Positions 61,349 to 64,000 of a stretch of 64,000 nucleotides of DNA are shown here, in pieces (within the stretch, counting starts at the first letter, position 1; each line of letters opens with the position of its first letter). The stretch comes from a bacterium (GTDB lineage: Bacteria > Electryoneota > Electryoneia > Electryoneales > Electryoneaceae). A program made the translations under genes and the position numbers. Below the pieces are notes generated by a model. It was given only the letters and a program-made list of their open reading frames with translations, was not told the origin of the DNA and did not search any database. The stretch covers positions 2,560,001 to 2,624,000 of the forward strand of contig OY769902.1 of NCBI GenBank assembly GCA_963669175.1, in the 5' to 3' direction.

Positions 61349-63532
61349 TCATCTCGCCATACTGAAGCTGTTTTCATCCAGTTTCCCGTTACGGAAAAAG
61401 AAGTGATCACCGGGATGTTCCGGGCAGGCAACAATCACTTTCCACGGAGCAACATCCGGATGATTGACAAAATCACGGTAGACCCATTCACGATCCCCGG
61501 CGTGTGTAGGCGCCCAAGCTTTGGGGTGCAATGTCTCCAGCGCGTATAGCAACCCTTCGCGCAAAGGTTCTTCGCCGTGAGTGTGACATCCCGTCACATT
61601 CATAAACGCCATGTCAATGGGCCGATTCAGGGAAGCGATGTAGTCAATCTCCGCGACATAACCATCTCGCTGGCCTTCGTTCCAGCCCGCATGGTCCCCC
61701 GCATGGAACAGCGTCACACCATCCACCTCAACCAGGAAACCCACGCCGGCATCGTTTGCTGCGATGGTGTTAATTGTGATACCGTCAAGCTCTGTCGTTG
61801 TATGTGGCGCCGTAAAAGTGTATTCCGGGCCATGATAATTCTCGCCCAGGACATCAGTTTCTTCGCGTGGCTGGTACGCTTCCGGCTGGAAACCATACAC
61901 GAATTTCACATTGTCAGCGTTTTCCGCCCAGTCGTAGGTGCCATGGTAAAAATGATCCCCATGGTGATGTGTAGCGAACACCACGACATTTTCATTCTTC
62001 AGCTCATCCGGACAGATGTACCCATTGCCAAGACACGGATTCGGCCCGGGTTCATCACGTTTCCAGTAATCGAACACGAGAAAATGATCAGCTGTTTTTA
62101 TTGCAAAGCCGCAATGTCCCAGGTACCAGACCACCATATCGCCTTTCGGCATATCGGTTGACAAGCCTTTGCATGGTGTGATGATTGACTTAGCGCCATC
62201 TGTGTCAGCGCCCAGTCTTGACAGTGCGAGAGCTGTGTTTTTTTGGCAATAGCGAGTTGCAAGTTGGAGAGCGGTGGCGCCGTTCTGGTCGCGAATATCA
62301 GGATCTGCGTCGCGTGCCACCAGCGCTTCGGCGATATCCGAATAACCGTTTATCGCAGCATAGTGTAAGGCGGTCTGGCCCTGTATGGCATCCTGCATAT
62401 CCGGATCCGCGCCGGCGTCCAGAAGAAGATCAACCGTTGTCGCGTCACCCTGCTGAGCTGCCAGCATCAGGGCGGTAAGCCCATGGTTCCCTGCGATATT
62501 CGGATCAGCGCCATGCTTGAGCAGGATCGGGACAGCATAATTGCGTCGCCAGGATAGGGCGAGTGTCAACGGAGTGTCGTTATCACGCAAGGTCAGGTTG
62601 GGATTCACTCCTGATTCCAGCAGGTATTCCAGGCCATCGGTTGAGTCTGCGTGTATCGCCCACATGATCGGGTGTTGCTGCTGTTCGGTAAGCGTGTTAA
62701 GGTCAACGCCCCGGGAAATAATCAGTTTCATGGCATCAACGCTGCTGATCCGTGCCGCGAAAAACAGGGGAGTCCAACCGTCCTCATCGACTGCGCCAGC
62801 CAGATCAGGGTGTTTTTCCAGCAGGATTGCAAGCGCCTCCACATTGCCGAACTGCGCGAAGTAATGGGCAAGGGTACGACCCTCGTCGTTGACCTGGTCC
62901 AGTTTCGCACCACGCGCCATCAGGATTTCCACAAGGTCACGCACATTGCTTTCGGCAGCGCAGATCAGCGGGGTATCCATATCCTGGTTCAAGACGTCGA
63001 TATCAACACCATGATCGATCAGCGCGAGCACACGTTCCGTCTGCCCGGACCAGGCGTACATATGTATCAGGGCATGCCCACGTTCGTTGGTCACATTGGG
63101 ATTCGCCCCGGCAGCTATCAACATATCGGCGATATCCACATTCCCCGCAATGGCCGAACTGAGCAGAGGGGTATATCCGGCGTCGTTGGGGATGTCCGGA
63201 TCCGCGCCATGTTCCAGCAGCCAGTTTGCCATATCCGGGAAACCGTAAAAACCTGCGCCATGCAGGGATGTGCTGCCGTTGCTGGATTTGGTATTGATAT
63301 CTGCGCCCTGCTTCAACAGGTAAGCCGCTACCTCGATCTGTCCACGATAGCAGGCGCGGTTGAACGGTGGTTTCCCGTTTTCGTCAAGTTGATACAGCAG
63401 TGAAGGATCTTCGGCGAGAAGTTGCTTTACAGTTTCAAGATCACCTGTTTCGGCAGCGACATGGATTTGAACGGCAAAGACAGCAGAAACAGAGATTAGC
63501 AGGCTAAGAATGATCACGGCAAGACGCTTCAT
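61349..63532 (-). CDS. exported ankyrin-repeat / MBL-fold metallo-hydrolase fusion
   Basis: signal peptide; more than 12 TPL/TAL..AA..G....LL..GAD repeats; YLGH.GF, THHHGDH, FHAGD, PTH. Confidence 0.88.
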   Translation of the reverse strand: MKRLAVIILSLLISVSAVFAVQIHVAAETGDLETVKQLLAEDPSLLYQLDENGKPPFNRACYRGQIEVAAYLLKQGADINTKSSNGSTSLHGAGFYGFPDMANWLLEHGADPDIPNDAGYTPLLSSAIAGNVDIADMLIAAGANPNVTNERGHALIHMYAWSGQTERVLALIDHGVDIDVLNQDMDTPLICAAESNVRDLVEILMARGAKLDQVNDEGRTLAHYFAQFGNVEALAILLEKHPDLAGAVDEDGWTPLFFAARISSVDAMKLIISRGVDLNTLTEQQQHPIMWAIHADSTDGLEYLLESGVNPNLTLRDNDTPLTLALSWRRNYAVPILLKHGADPNIAGNHGLTALMLAAQQGDATTVDLLLDAGADPDMQDAIQGQTALHYAAINGYSDIAEALVARDADPDIRDQNGATALQLATRYCQKNTALALSRLGADTDGAKSIITPCKGLSTDMPKGDMVVWYLGHCGFAIKTADHFLVFDYWKRDEPGPNPCLGNGYICPDELKNENVVVFATHHHGDHFYHGTYDWAENADNVKFVYGFQPEAYQPREETDVLGENYHGPEYTFTAPHTTTELDGITINTIAANDAGVGFLVEVDGVTLFHAGDHAGWNEGQRDGYVAEIDYIASLNRPIDMAFMNVTGCHTHGEEPLREGLLYALETLHPKAWAPTHAGDREWVYRDFVNHPDVAPWKVIVACPEHPGDHFFFRNGKLDENSFSMAR

Positions 63533-63775
63533 GATACAGCTCCCTTCCCGGCTCGAGAAAGAATTCAGTTGTTCCATGAGGATGGGCAGTGGACCTCTTG
63601 ATCCAACAATACACAGCAAAAAGTATTCCGCTGGATTGGACAGAAACAGGAAAGGAGAAGTGTTCTAACTTGATGATAATTAAATGTATGGGTAGAGTGT
63701 CCGGTTGCGGACATGTACCAGTATGCTACTGTTTGGTTGCAGATGCGTTAGAATGAAACCGGCTCGACAAATCAA

Positions 63776-64000
63776 TCAGGGGACGAAATGGACCTGCACA
63801 GTCCGGTTGAACACAGCGCTGACAGGCTTCCCATCATAGGTGCCGGGTTTCCATTTGACGCTCCACATAGCCTGTTCAAACGTCTCGTCAAAGCCCCAGT
63901 CAGGTGGAGATACTTTTACCAATTCAACTGCTAATGGGACACCATCCGCATTAACCGTTACCCTGACATCAGCAGAGGCGGCAATGCCCTGAATCGCAGC
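63776..64000 (-). CDS. TonB C-terminal domain protein (partial, 3' end)
   Basis: manual translation ...QGIAASADVRVTVNADGVPLAVELVKVSPPDWGFDETFEQAMWSVKWKPGTYDGKPVSAVFNRTVQVHFVP*. Confidence 0.75.
   Translation of the reverse strand, partial: AAIQGIAASADVRVTVNADGVPLAVELVKVSPPDWGFDETFEQAMWSVKWKPGTYDGKPVSAVFNRTVQVHFVP

Overview
A 64-kb chromosomal window from a bacterium that is probably in the FCB group; five proteins end in the YPNPFN...LVK T9SS-like/FlgD-type sorting domain typical of Calditrichota/Zixibacteria/KSB1-like lineages. Core genes: hemL, hemB, sucCD, a predicted PPi-type phosphofructokinase, pepF, tRNA-Lys and tRNA-Phe. Signalling genes: an ECF sigma/anti-sigma operon, an NMT1-type binding protein with a Cache-HAMP-SpoIIE phosphatase, an HD-GYP protein and an 8-PAS hybrid kinase. 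There is also a tandem array of four secreted FG-GAP proteins. The best candidate for an undescribed system is the minus-strand run arcE-like/arcC/carbamoyltransferase/sxtJ-like/unannotated 50-aa peptide/MBOAT/SGNH-like. Both the peptide (…FIYAIF) and the MBOAT (…FIYFQF) end in a DltX-type tyrosine acyl-shuttle motif, suggesting a Dlt-like trans-membrane carbamoylation pathway. Also notable are a K+ channel–CNBD–CYTH–KefF-like operon, a structured ~200-nt leader before arcE, and several nested REP/MITE-like palindromic repeat families. No CRISPR array, transposase or prophage was seen. All calls come from motif recognition by eye; no searches were run.
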